Assembly (NCBI GenBank): GCA_031409275.1
Contig: JANNXA010000051.1
Coordinates: 288,001-352,000 of the forward strand
Length of the DNA stretch: 64,000 nt
Direction of reading: 5' to 3'
From: Planctomycetota bacterium
GTDB taxonomy: Bacteria > Planctomycetota > B15-G4 > SIAN01
A program made the translations under genes and the position numbers. This document shows positions 48,314 through 57,133 of the stretch, in pieces (the stretch's first letter is position 1; every line of letters begins with the position of its first letter). The notes under the pieces were generated by a model. The model searched no databases, was not told the DNA's origin, and saw nothing but the letters and a program-made list of their open reading frames with translations.

Positions 48314-48808
48314 ATGCCGCACTTCATCCATGACGTCTGCGTCGGCTGCACCCTGTGCGCGAAGAACTGTCCCACCGGCGCGATCTACGGAGAGAGCAAG
48401 AAGCTCTTCGTCATCCAGCCCGAGCTCTGCATCGACTGCTCCATCTGCGCGAACGTTTGCCCGGTGGCGTGCATCACCGACCAGCTCGGCAACACGCCTC
48501 CCAAGCAGAAGGTCCCGGAGAAGCCGAAGGCGCTGATCATCGAGTCGGGCTGCACCGGCTGCGAAGCGTGCATGCAGGTCTGCCCGGTCGAGGCGATCTA
48601 CAAGCCGACCGCGGAGAGCGATCCCGACCTCGTCCAAGACACGTTCGGCGTCTTCTCGCTCTGCCGCGTCGACCCGGTCAAGTGCATCGGCTGCGAGCTC
48701 TGCTACAAGGTCTGCCCTTGGGACACGATCGAGATGGCCGCCAGCGACAAGGCCACCACCACCGCGTACAAGGAAGGTGGCTACGTCTCGCGTCAGGTGA
48801 CCAGCTGA
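48314..48808 (+). CDS. Polyferredoxin, four [4Fe-4S] motifs
   Basis: CVGCTLCAKNCP, CIDCSICANVCP, CTGCEACMQVCP, CIGCELCYKVCP. Confidence 0.93.
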   Translation: MPHFIHDVCVGCTLCAKNCPTGAIYGESKKLFVIQPELCIDCSICANVCPVACITDQLGNTPPKQKVPEKPKALIIESGCTGCEACMQVCPVEAIYKPTAESDPDLVQDTFGVFSLCRVDPVKCIGCELCYKVCPWDTIEMAASDKATTTAYKEGGYVSRQVTS

Positions 48809-48812
48809 TCGA

Positions 48813-50060
48813 CTAGCAGAGGCGCGTCGGCGCTTCGAAGAGTTCCGTCGCCAGCAGGTCCGCCATCGTCTCGCGCCGCCGCACCAGTCGCGCGCGGCCA
48901 CCGTCGATCAGCACCTCCGCGCCGCGCGGGCGCGAGTTGTACTGGCTCGACATCGACGTTCCGTACGCCCCGGCCGAGCCGATCGCCAGCAGATCACCCG
49001 GTTGCGGCAGCGGGAGCTGACGATCCTTGGCCAGGAAGTCGCCGCTTTCGCAGACCGGCCCGACCACGTCCACGTTCGCGAGCGGTCGCGACGCCGCGTC
49101 GGCCGCGACCATCGCCACCGGATGCCACGCGCCGTAGAGCGCCGGCCGCATGAGGTCGTTCATCGCCGCGTCGACGATGACGAAGAGGCGATCGGGCGAC
49201 TCCTTCACGCCGATCACGCGCGTCAGCAACGATCCAGCCTCGGCGACCAGGAAGCGCCCCGGTTCGAGGAGCAGATCGACCCGGAGCGGCTCGAGGAACG
49301 GGCGCACCGCCGCGGCGACGGCGACGATCGCGGGCGGCGTCGCGTCGTAGCGCGCGGCGAATCCGCCGCCGAAGTTGAGCAGCTCGACCGCGAAACCGGC
49401 GGCTCGCGTCGCGGCGATGCGCTCCGCGACGATGGCGGCGGCGGCGGCGAAGCGGCTCGGGTCGGTGATCTGCGAGCCGATGTGGACATGGAAGCCGCGG
49501 AATCGCAGCGCCATCGTTCGCCGGTGGCGCTGCAGCGCCGCCAACGCCGTCTCGAACGGCATCCCGAACTTGTTGCGCCGGGTGCCGGTGGTCACGTACT
49601 CGTGCGTGCCGGCTTCGACGTCGGGATTCAGCCGCAGCGCGAACGGCGCGACCACGTTGCGCGCGAGCGCGAGCGCGGCGAGGCGGTCGAGTTCCGCGGC
49701 CGACTCGACGTCGAAGAGGCCGATGCCGAGGTCGAGCGCCGCGGCCAGTTCGGCGTCGCTCTTCCCGGCGCCAGCGAAGCCGATGCGTCGCGGATCGACC
49801 CCGACGCGCCGGCAGCGTTCGAGCTCACCCGCGGACACGACGTCGAAGCCCGCCCCTTCCGCTGCCAGCAGCGCCAGCAGCGCGAGGCCGGAGTTCGCCT
49901 TGACCGAGTAGTGGACTTCGTGCAGCAGGCCCGCGAAGGCGGCGCGCAGCTCGGCAAGGCGAGCGCGCACCACGTCACCGTCCATCACCCACAACGGAGT
50001 CCCGTGCTCGCGCGCGAGGAGCTCGAAGTCGCGCGCCCGCGGGTCGGGCGCGCCGCTCAC
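48813..50060 (-). CDS. lysA: Diaminopimelate decarboxylase
   Basis: YSVKAN (PLP Lys), KFG, HIGSQI, EPGR, GPVCESGD, GAYG..MSSQYNSRP. Confidence 0.96.
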   Translation of the reverse strand: MSGAPDPRARDFELLAREHGTPLWVMDGDVVRARLAELRAAFAGLLHEVHYSVKANSGLALLALLAAEGAGFDVVSAGELERCRRVGVDPRRIGFAGAGKSDAELAAALDLGIGLFDVESAAELDRLAALALARNVVAPFALRLNPDVEAGTHEYVTTGTRRNKFGMPFETALAALQRHRRTMALRFRGFHVHIGSQITDPSRFAAAAAIVAERIAATRAAGFAVELLNFGGGFAARYDATPPAIVAVAAAVRPFLEPLRVDLLLEPGRFLVAEAGSLLTRVIGVKESPDRLFVIVDAAMNDLMRPALYGAWHPVAMVAADAASRPLANVDVVGPVCESGDFLAKDRQLPLPQPGDLLAIGSAGAYGTSMSSQYNSRPRGAEVLIDGGRARLVRRRETMADLLATELFEAPTRLC

Positions 50061-50818
50061 GTCTCGACCGCCAGCTTTCGATGGAGTCGCAGCAGGAGGC
50101 GGCTGTGCAGCTGGCAGACGCGCGACTCGGAGACACCGAGGCGTCGGCCGATCTTGCGCATGGTCAGCCCTTCGCCATAGCGCATGCGCACGAGGTCGCG
50201 CTCGACGTCGGAAAGCGTGTCGTCGATCAGCCGCAGCAGGTCATTGCGCTGCGCCGCCTCGTGCGGCGCGCCCTGCTCGTCGACGAGGTCGTCGCCGAGG
50301 AGCTGCGGCTCGTCCCCATCCGAATCGTCGCCGGTCGCGAGGTCGAGCGAGAGGACGTTGCGGGTCGCGGCCACGGCCATGATCCGCTCGATCGCCTGCG
50401 GGGCCATCGATAGCCGCTGCGAAAGCTCGTGATGCGTCGGCTCGCGGCCGAGTTCCTGACGCAGCCGCGTCCGCGCGCCGACCACTGCGCGCGCCCGCTC
50501 GCGAGCGTCGCGGGACAGGCGGTCGTTGCTGCGCAGTTCGTCGAGCATCGCGCCGCGGATGCGCACGCGGCAGAAGGTGCCGAACTTCACGTTGCGCGCC
50601 GGATCGAACCCTTCGATCGCCTGCAGCAGGCCGAAGACGCCGACCGAGATGAGGTCGTCCGGATCGACGCTCCGTGGCACGCGCGCGACGACCTCTTCGG
50701 CGAGGATGCGGACGAGCGGCAGGTACGACTCCGCCAATTCGTTGCGCAGGCGGCGCCGGCGCGTGTCGAGGAATCGCTTCCAGAGCGACTCGCGCAGCGA
50801 TTCGTTGGCGCGGATCAC
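50057..50818 (-). CDS. fliA: FliA/WhiG family sigma-28 factor
   Basis: YLPLV, DDLISVGVFGLLQAIEGFDP, RIRGAMLDELR, LGREPT, GVSESRVCQLH. Confidence 0.88.
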   Translation of the reverse strand: MIRANESLRESLWKRFLDTRRRRLRNELAESYLPLVRILAEEVVARVPRSVDPDDLISVGVFGLLQAIEGFDPARNVKFGTFCRVRIRGAMLDELRSNDRLSRDARERARAVVGARTRLRQELGREPTHHELSQRLSMAPQAIERIMAVAATRNVLSLDLATGDDSDGDEPQLLGDDLVDEQGAPHEAAQRNDLLRLIDDTLSDVERDLVRMRYGEGLTMRKIGRRLGVSESRVCQLHSRLLLRLHRKLAVET

Positions 50819-51072
50819 CGCTCGCCTCCACGCTTCGCGGCGTCGATCAGGAGTTCCTTGATCTCGAGCAGCGTCTTCGAATCGCGCAGCGACTTGATGC
50901 GATCGAGGCGCTCGAAGGTCGCCTCGTCGTAGAGGCGGTGACCGGTCGGCGTCCGGCGGGCCGGCTCGATCAATCCGAGCATCGTGTAGTTGTGCAGCGT
51001 CTGGCGCGACAGCCCGCTGCGCTCGATGAGCTCGCCGATCTTGTAGAGCTTGCGGCGCTCGGATTCGGCCAT
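50815..51072 (-). CDS. Small MerR-type HTH protein without effector domain (85 aa)
   Basis: LYKIGELIERSGLSRQTLHNYTMLGLIEPARRTPTGHRLY; stop overlaps fliA GTG. Confidence 0.9.
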   Translation of the reverse strand: MAESERRKLYKIGELIERSGLSRQTLHNYTMLGLIEPARRTPTGHRLYDEATFERLDRIKSLRDSKTLLEIKELLIDAAKRGGER

Positions 51073-51167
51073 CACGCGAGATCCACGGTCACCGTCTGGC
51101 TTCGGCAAGGCACACGCCCACCATCCATGGGGTCGGCGCAAGACTGTAGCGCCACCGGCTGCGTAAG

Positions 51168-51188
51168 TTGCACTTTGTACTTTGCATT
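51168..51188. promoter_or_regulatory. Three tandem heptamers TTGYAYT in an AT-rich island, putative operator
   Basis: TTGCACT-TTGTACT-TTGCATT, ~100 nt upstream of the merR-like gene. Confidence 0.5.
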
Positions 51189-51242
51189 TTATGAATCGTT
51201 CGAGTTCAGAACTGTGCCGCCAACCTCTCGATGCGCCGCCGA

Positions 51243-53048
51243 TCACTGACCGGCAGGCGCGGCGACGTACCCCTCGACGCGACGATCGGCGACGGCATGC
51301 ACGCGCCCGGTCGCGCCATCGCGCTCGATCGAGTGGGCGTCGCCCTGCCACGATTGCTTGGGCACCTCCACCACGTGGCCGAGCGCCGCCAGCGCTGCGG
51401 CGACCTCCGCATCGAGCGCCGCCTCGTGACGCAACGCGTCGGGGAACCAAGCGTGATGCTGGCGCGGCCGCGCGACCGCAACCGCGAGCGGTGTCCCGAG
51501 TTCGAGCACATCGAAGACGATCTGCGTCACGGTGCTGATGATCGTCCGCCCGCCGGGACTGCCGGTGACGAGGATCACCTGTCCGTCGCGGCGCACGATG
51601 CATGGCGTCATCGACGACAGCGGCCGACGTCCGCCGCGCACCAGGTTCGGCTCGGTGCCGATCTGCCCTTCGCGCGTCGTGCGACCTCGCAGCGGATTGA
51701 AATCCTGCAGCTCGTTGTTGAGCAGGAATCCGGTCCCGGGGGCGATCAGCTTGCTGCCGAAGCGCTCCTCGAGCGTGTAGGTGTTGGCCACCGCATTGCC
51801 GGCCGCATCGACGATGCTGAAGTGGGTCGTCGACGAGCCGCCCGCCGGCGGCGGGTTCGCTTCCGTGAGCGGCGGCCCGAAGTTGCTGCTGTGACTCGCC
51901 TGCTTCGGATCGATGGACGCGCGCAGAGGGGCGAGGTGCGCCTCGTCGAGGAGCATGGCCACCGGGATGGGCGTGGCTTCCGGATCGCCGAGGAAACGGG
52001 CGCGATCGGCGAACGCGCGGCGCGACGCCTCGGCGAAGAGATGGCGCGCGCGTGGCGTGAAGTCGCCTTCGCTGCGCAATTCGAACGGCTCGAGGAGGTG
52101 GAGGATCTGCGTCAGCGCGATGCCGCCCGAAGAGGGCGGCGGCATCAGCAACAGCTCGCAGCCGCGGTAGCGGGTGACGAGCGCCTCGCGAACGATCGGG
52201 CGGTACGCCGCCAGATCACGCGCGTCGAGCAGCGCACCGGCCCGTTCCATCTCGGCGGCGATCAAGGCCGCGATCGGGCCCTCGTAGAACGCGGTCGCGC
52301 CGCCCTGCGCGATCCAGCGCAGCGAGTTCGCAAGGTCGGCCTGCACGAGCGTTTCGCCCGCCTCGTACGGCGTCCCATCGGCGTGGAGGAATTGCGCTGC
52401 GCTCGCGGGGAAGGCGGCGAGGTCATGCGCGTACTCGGCGAGGCCGGCCGCCAGCGCCGGTTGCACCGCGATTCCATCGGCAGCGAGCCGAAGCGCCGGT
52501 TCGACCAGTTCCGCGAAGGGCAGCGTTCCGAAGCGGCGATGCGCCTCGGCGAGCCCGGCGACGGTCCCCGGCACCCCCACCGCCGAGTGGCCGAATTCGC
52601 GACGCGCGGCGTCGACGACTCCATCCGCGTCGAGGAACAGACGCTCGTCCGCGCGACGCGGCGCCACCTCGCGGTAGTCGATCGCCGCGCTGCGGCCATC
52701 CGCCAGGGCGACCATCATGAAGCCGCCACCTCCGAGATTGCCCGCCTCGGGGTAGGTGACGGCCAGCGCAAAGGCGACCGCAACGGCGGCGTCGATCGCG
52801 TTGCCACCGCGCGCGAGGACCGATGCCCCCACCTCGGCCGCGCGCCGCTCGACGCAGGCGACGGCACCTCGATCCGAAGTCAGCTCGGTGCCACCGACCA
52901 GTCGATCGGATGCGCGCGCAGCGGCGACCGCTGGCGCTTCCTGGGCCGGAAGCGTCGACGTTGCAGCGAGGAGAGCTGCGAGCCGCAACGCGCTCGAACG
53001 GACGAATGGCGTCCGCAGCGGTCGTCGCACCAGGGAGGTCGCCCACAT
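51243..53048 (-). CDS. ggt: Gamma-glutamyltransferase
   Basis: GGNAIDAAVA, GNLGGGGFM, IDYRE, PPPSSGG, TTHFS, PLSSMTP, GSPGG. Confidence 0.96.
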   Translation of the reverse strand: MWATSLVRRPLRTPFVRSSALRLAALLAATSTLPAQEAPAVAAARASDRLVGGTELTSDRGAVACVERRAAEVGASVLARGGNAIDAAVAVAFALAVTYPEAGNLGGGGFMMVALADGRSAAIDYREVAPRRADERLFLDADGVVDAARREFGHSAVGVPGTVAGLAEAHRRFGTLPFAELVEPALRLAADGIAVQPALAAGLAEYAHDLAAFPASAAQFLHADGTPYEAGETLVQADLANSLRWIAQGGATAFYEGPIAALIAAEMERAGALLDARDLAAYRPIVREALVTRYRGCELLLMPPPSSGGIALTQILHLLEPFELRSEGDFTPRARHLFAEASRRAFADRARFLGDPEATPIPVAMLLDEAHLAPLRASIDPKQASHSSNFGPPLTEANPPPAGGSSTTHFSIVDAAGNAVANTYTLEERFGSKLIAPGTGFLLNNELQDFNPLRGRTTREGQIGTEPNLVRGGRRPLSSMTPCIVRRDGQVILVTGSPGGRTIISTVTQIVFDVLELGTPLAVAVARPRQHHAWFPDALRHEAALDAEVAAALAALGHVVEVPKQSWQGDAHSIERDGATGRVHAVADRRVEGYVAAPAGQ

Positions 53049-53094
53049 GATGCGCGGCGATGGTAGCGCTGCGCGTCAAAACGACGAATCGGCT

Positions 53095-54954
53095 TCAGCG
53101 ACCGCGCATCGCTCGCAGTCGCGCCGCCGCGGCGAGCAGCGGGTTGTCGGGTGGCGCCGCGGCGGAGGCGGTCACCAAGGCGGGCTCCTCTGCCGGACGC
53201 GGCGCGCTCTCGATCGCGACCTTCGGCATGGGTGGCAACGCTTCACCGCGCTGCATCGCTCGCAGCCGCGCCGCCGCCGCGAGCAGCGGTGACACGGGCG
53301 GTGCCGCTTCGACCGCGGGCGCGCTTTCGGCGGCAGTCGATGAGGGAGAGGTGGTGGCCGTCGTCGGAGCCAGCGGCTCCGACGCTGGCGCGAATTGCAC
53401 CTCAGGCTCGCGCGCGGGCTCGTCCACCAACTCCGCGGCCGGCTCGGAGGAGCCTTCTTGCGCCGCGGCTTCGGGAGCGGCCGCTTCCGCCTCGAAACCG
53501 AGGTGCTCCGTCATCACGGTCGCGAATGCGTTGGAGACGAGCGTGAAGTCGGCGCTGTCGTCGACCTCGTCGATCAGCCGCTTCTTCGGCGCGGTCGGTT
53601 CGACCGTACCTGGCTCCGACGCCTCGACCGGGTCGGACGAGTTCGCGGTCGGCGCCACGGCATGGTCGGCGACCGGCCCGGCGTCCGCGACGAAGGTCAG
53701 CGGATAGGGCACGCGGTTCACCCAGGAGGTGACCTTCGGATCGAGCATCGACAGCTGCGCTTCGCACAGGACGCGCACTTCGGTCAGGCTCGGCGCACGG
53801 AACAGTCGCTTGCCGGAGCGCATCATCGGCACGAGGAGCGGCGCCGAACCGGACGGCGGGGCCTGCGTGTCGGGCTGGATCGTGTCGCCTTTGAACTGGC
53901 CCGATTCGCGGCGGCGCCAGACGGCTCGCATGCCCGCGCCCCCATCCCGGCGACCGACCGCGCGCAGCCCGTTGCGGGAGGTGCGCTCGACCAGTTCGAC
54001 CAGGAGATCCTCGTGGAAGAGATGGCGCCCCGCGAGCAGCGCGGTGCCCGCGACGAAACCGTCGATCGGTGCGCCTCCGTTGGCGAGCGCGCCGACGCGC
54101 AGTTCGTCGCACACGCCTCCCGCCAGCAACCGCGTGGCGGCGAAGCCCATCTCATCGAGGCGCGCGCGCAGCGAGCGCAACTCGTCATCGAGCAGTCCCG
54201 ACTTCCCGGCATCGACCACCAGCGCGCGGGGCGCTTCCGCCAAGGCCGCGAGCGCGGCGCCTGGATTGCGGCGCGCCTTTCCATCGATGATCACGCCGCA
54301 ATGCGCGATCCCTCGCAACGCGCCGCTCATCTCGACGAGCGCAGTGAACGGGATCAACGGCAGCGCCGGCAGCGCGTAGGCCGCGGCCGCGAACGGATGC
54401 GTCGTGCCGATGGCGCCGCCCACCTGCGCGGCCCGCGCGATCAACAGCGCTTCATCGCGCGTGACCTGTTCGCCGGCCGCTTCGTAGATCGGCTTGCCTT
54501 TCGCCGCGAGGCGCAACCGCGCCACCTGCGTCGCGATCGCGGTCTGGGTACGCACGATTCCGGCCAACGCCCCGACGACGGCCGCCATCTCGGCGGCGGG
54601 AGCGCGCACGCGCAACAGCGGCTCGCCGGCGAAGACGACCGTCCCTTCCGGTACGGCCTCGACGTCGCCGTGGAAGCGCATGGCGCCGACGCGAGCCAGC
54701 GCGTCCGCATCGAGGCTCGGATCGATCCGTTGCGGCCCCGGCTCGGCATGCAGCAGCGCGAGGTCCGTGGCGGCCTGCGCAAGATCTTCGAGCAGCGACA
54801 ATGCCTGCTCGAGTCCCGCGGCGATCAGGAACGGCTGGCGCGCACCTTCGGCCGTCAGCGCGATCTCGTAGGTCCAGGTCTCGGCGTCCGCCTTCTCGGC
54901 GAGGCGGCTCGAGAGGAGGAGTTCCGGGAAGCCGAAGGAGTACGACGACGACAA
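53095..54954 (-). CDS. Divergent nicotinate phosphoribosyltransferase-like protein with acidic C-terminal extension
   Basis: AAGLEQAL, FHGDVEAVPEGTVVFAGEPLLRVRAP, QTAIAT, PIDGF..GT, PLLVPMMRSGK; catalytic motifs appear lost. TTG start uncertain. Confidence 0.7.
   Translation of the reverse strand: MSSSYSFGFPELLLSSRLAEKADAETWTYEIALTAEGARQPFLIAAGLEQALSLLEDLAQAATDLALLHAEPGPQRIDPSLDADALARVGAMRFHGDVEAVPEGTVVFAGEPLLRVRAPAAEMAAVVGALAGIVRTQTAIATQVARLRLAAKGKPIYEAAGEQVTRDEALLIARAAQVGGAIGTTHPFAAAAYALPALPLIPFTALVEMSGALRGIAHCGVIIDGKARRNPGAALAALAEAPRALVVDAGKSGLLDDELRSLRARLDEMGFAATRLLAGGVCDELRVGALANGGAPIDGFVAGTALLAGRHLFHEDLLVELVERTSRNGLRAVGRRDGGAGMRAVWRRRESGQFKGDTIQPDTQAPPSGSAPLLVPMMRSGKRLFRAPSLTEVRVLCEAQLSMLDPKVTSWVNRVPYPLTFVADAGPVADHAVAPTANSSDPVEASEPGTVEPTAPKKRLIDEVDDSADFTLVSNAFATVMTEHLGFEAEAAAPEAAAQEGSSEPAAELVDEPAREPEVQFAPASEPLAPTTATTSPSSTAAESAPAVEAAPPVSPLLAAAARLRAMQRGEALPPMPKVAIESAPRPAEEPALVTASAAAPPDNPLLAAAARLRAMRGR
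53106..53289. repeat. 37-nt direct repeat (35/37 identical) encoding PLLAAAARLRAM twice
   Basis: Copies at 53106-53142 and 53253-53289. Confidence 0.8.
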
Positions 54955-55023
54955 GGCGACGCTCCGCGCGACGCCGGCGAAACCCGTTGGCCCCGCCGCA
55001 CGCCAGCGCTGGTCATCGACCAG

Positions 55024-55554
55024 TCATGCGTCGCGACCGCGGTGCGAGCGCGGCGATCGGAAGAGATCTCGCGTGATTCCGGCCGCGCGCAGCGACTTGC
55101 GTTCGGCGGCACGCATCTTCTTCTGATCGGCGGGCGCGTGGTCGTCGAAGCCGAGCAGGTGCAGCACCCCGTGAACCACGTAGAGCAGCAGCTCGTCCTG
55201 CGGTCGCACCCCCCGCTCCTTCGCCTCGCGCGCGGCGGTGTCCGCCGACGCGACCACCTCGCCCAGCAGCCCGCCGGCCGCACCGTGCAGCGGGAACGAG
55301 AGCACGTCGGTCGCCGAATCGAGTCCCATGTGGTCGAGATGGAGCCGGCGAATCGCGCGATCGCCGACCAGCGCGATCGAGAGCGCTCCGGCGCGCCGCG
55401 GTTTGAGCGCCAGCGCGGCCGCGACCGCGCGCTCGATCGCGCGCGGCGGCAGGCGAACGCGGCGCTGCCGATCGTTGACCTCCAGCGGCGGTGCGGCGGC
55501 GGGTTCCCGCGCAGGATCAGAACGGCGAACGCGGCGGGCGACCATTCGCTTCAT
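55024..55554 (-). CDS. ybeY: rRNA maturation factor YbeY
   Basis: ATDVLSFP, LGEVV, VHGVLHLLGFDDH. Start uncertain (55554 or 55581). Confidence 0.93.
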   Translation of the reverse strand: MKRMVARRVRRSDPAREPAAAPPLEVNDRQRRVRLPPRAIERAVAAALALKPRRAGALSIALVGDRAIRRLHLDHMGLDSATDVLSFPLHGAAGGLLGEVVASADTAAREAKERGVRPQDELLLYVVHGVLHLLGFDDHAPADQKKMRAAERKSLRAAGITRDLFRSPRSHRGRDA

Positions 55555-55564
55555 CGATCGCCGC

Positions 55565-57133
55565 TCAGGCGCCGCCGCCATGCGTCCGCGGCGGTGCGCT
55601 CACCGCGTCCGGAGCGCGGCCCGACTCGATCTCGGGCACCAGTTCGACTTCGGCGAGCGGTACCGCGAGGCGGCCGGTCGGATCGCGCGGATAGGCCGGA
55701 CGCCGATGGTGGATGCCGCCCAGCACCAGCACGAACGCCTCCTTGATGCGCGTCAGCTCGCGCATGGTGAGCATGCACTCGTCGAGCTGGTGGTCGTCCA
55801 TCTTCATGCGCGTGATGTCATCGACGAGCTGCTCGAGACGCGCCGCGGTGACGTCCTGGAGCGTTCGCGACGCCGCTTCGACCGAATCGGCGACCATGAC
55901 GATCGCCGTCTCCTTCGTCTGCGGTCGCGGCCCTGCGTAGCGATAGCTGTCCTTCGGCACCTCCTCCTCGGAGCGCTGCTTGACCGCCATTCGCCAGAAG
56001 TACTCGACGGCGGTGGTGCCGTGGTGCTCCTCGATGAAGGACTGGATCGGGCGCGGGATGCCGTGCAGCTGCGCGAGCTCGATCCCGTCCTTCGGATGCG
56101 CGGTGATGATCAGCTTGCTCATGTCGGGGCTGAGCCGACCGTGCAGCGAACGCGCATCGGTCGAGTTCTCGGAGAAGTACTCCGACTTGTTCATCTTGCC
56201 GATGTCGTGGAAGTAGGCGCCGACGCGGCACAGGAGCCCGTTGGCGCCGATTGCCTCGGCCGCCGCTTCGGCGAGCGTGCCGACCAGGAACGAGTGGTGG
56301 TGCGTGCCGGGCGCCTCGACCTGCAGTCGACGCAGCACCGGCTGCTCGTTCTGGTTGCTGTACTCGAGCAGGGTCAGGTCGGAGAGGCGATCGAGCAGCT
56401 TCTCGAACAGCGGCATCAGGCCCAGCACCAGGAAGCCGCTGGCCAATCCGTGCGCCAACGCCAGCAGCAATCGACGCAACAGCAGCGCGTCCGCCGGCTG
56501 CTCGTCGCGCACAAGCGCGGCGGCGGCCAACACGAGGAGCTGCGTCACGCCGACGATCGCCCCGATGCCGATCAGGCGCGAGGGACGCCGGACGCGGAAC
56601 GAATAGAGCGCCCCCGACAGCGAGCCGGCCGACAGCATCAGCAGTGCCGGCAGGAGTTCGTGCGCGCCCCAAGCGACCAGCGTCACCAGGCCGAGCGCCA
56701 GCGCCGCGAAGGCGACCGCAAAACGCGGGGTGAGCAGCAACGCCAGGATCACGGTGATGGTCGGCAGCGGCAGCCACAGCAGCGAGGGCTGTCCGGTGGC
56801 GCGATGCGTGCGAGCCATCAACAGCAGCAGCAGGAGCAACGCCGAAAGGGCGACGACCCGCCGCAGGCTGCTGACCGCCTCCGCCTCGAACTTGAGGAAG
56901 TAGCGGCAGGCGAGGAAGACGACGCCGCCGAGCACGACCGCGAGGCCGGCCAAACGCGCGATGTCGGCGCCCGGGTCGAGGGTCGTCGCCATCGCGCACA
57001 GCGTGAAGAGCGCCATCGTCAGCGCGCGTTCCGCCGGACGATGGGCGAAGTTCGGCTCCTTCCCGGCGCGCGGCAGCGGACGCACGAGCTCGGGCGCGAC
57101 TCGGCGCGGCTGGCGTCGGAAGATCCCGCTCAT
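55565..57133 (-). CDS. 7TM-HD (HDIG) phosphohydrolase, PgpH-like
   Basis: TM region then EAPGTHHHS, YFHDIGK, HHGT, YAGPRPQTKE, ADSVEAA. Confidence 0.92.
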   Translation of the reverse strand: MSGIFRRQPRRVAPELVRPLPRAGKEPNFAHRPAERALTMALFTLCAMATTLDPGADIARLAGLAVVLGGVVFLACRYFLKFEAEAVSSLRRVVALSALLLLLLLMARTHRATGQPSLLWLPLPTITVILALLLTPRFAVAFAALALGLVTLVAWGAHELLPALLMLSAGSLSGALYSFRVRRPSRLIGIGAIVGVTQLLVLAAAALVRDEQPADALLLRRLLLALAHGLASGFLVLGLMPLFEKLLDRLSDLTLLEYSNQNEQPVLRRLQVEAPGTHHHSFLVGTLAEAAAEAIGANGLLCRVGAYFHDIGKMNKSEYFSENSTDARSLHGRLSPDMSKLIITAHPKDGIELAQLHGIPRPIQSFIEEHHGTTAVEYFWRMAVKQRSEEEVPKDSYRYAGPRPQTKETAIVMVADSVEAASRTLQDVTAARLEQLVDDITRMKMDDHQLDECMLTMRELTRIKEAFVLVLGGIHHRRPAYPRDPTGRLAVPLAEVELVPEIESGRAPDAVSAPPRTHGGGA

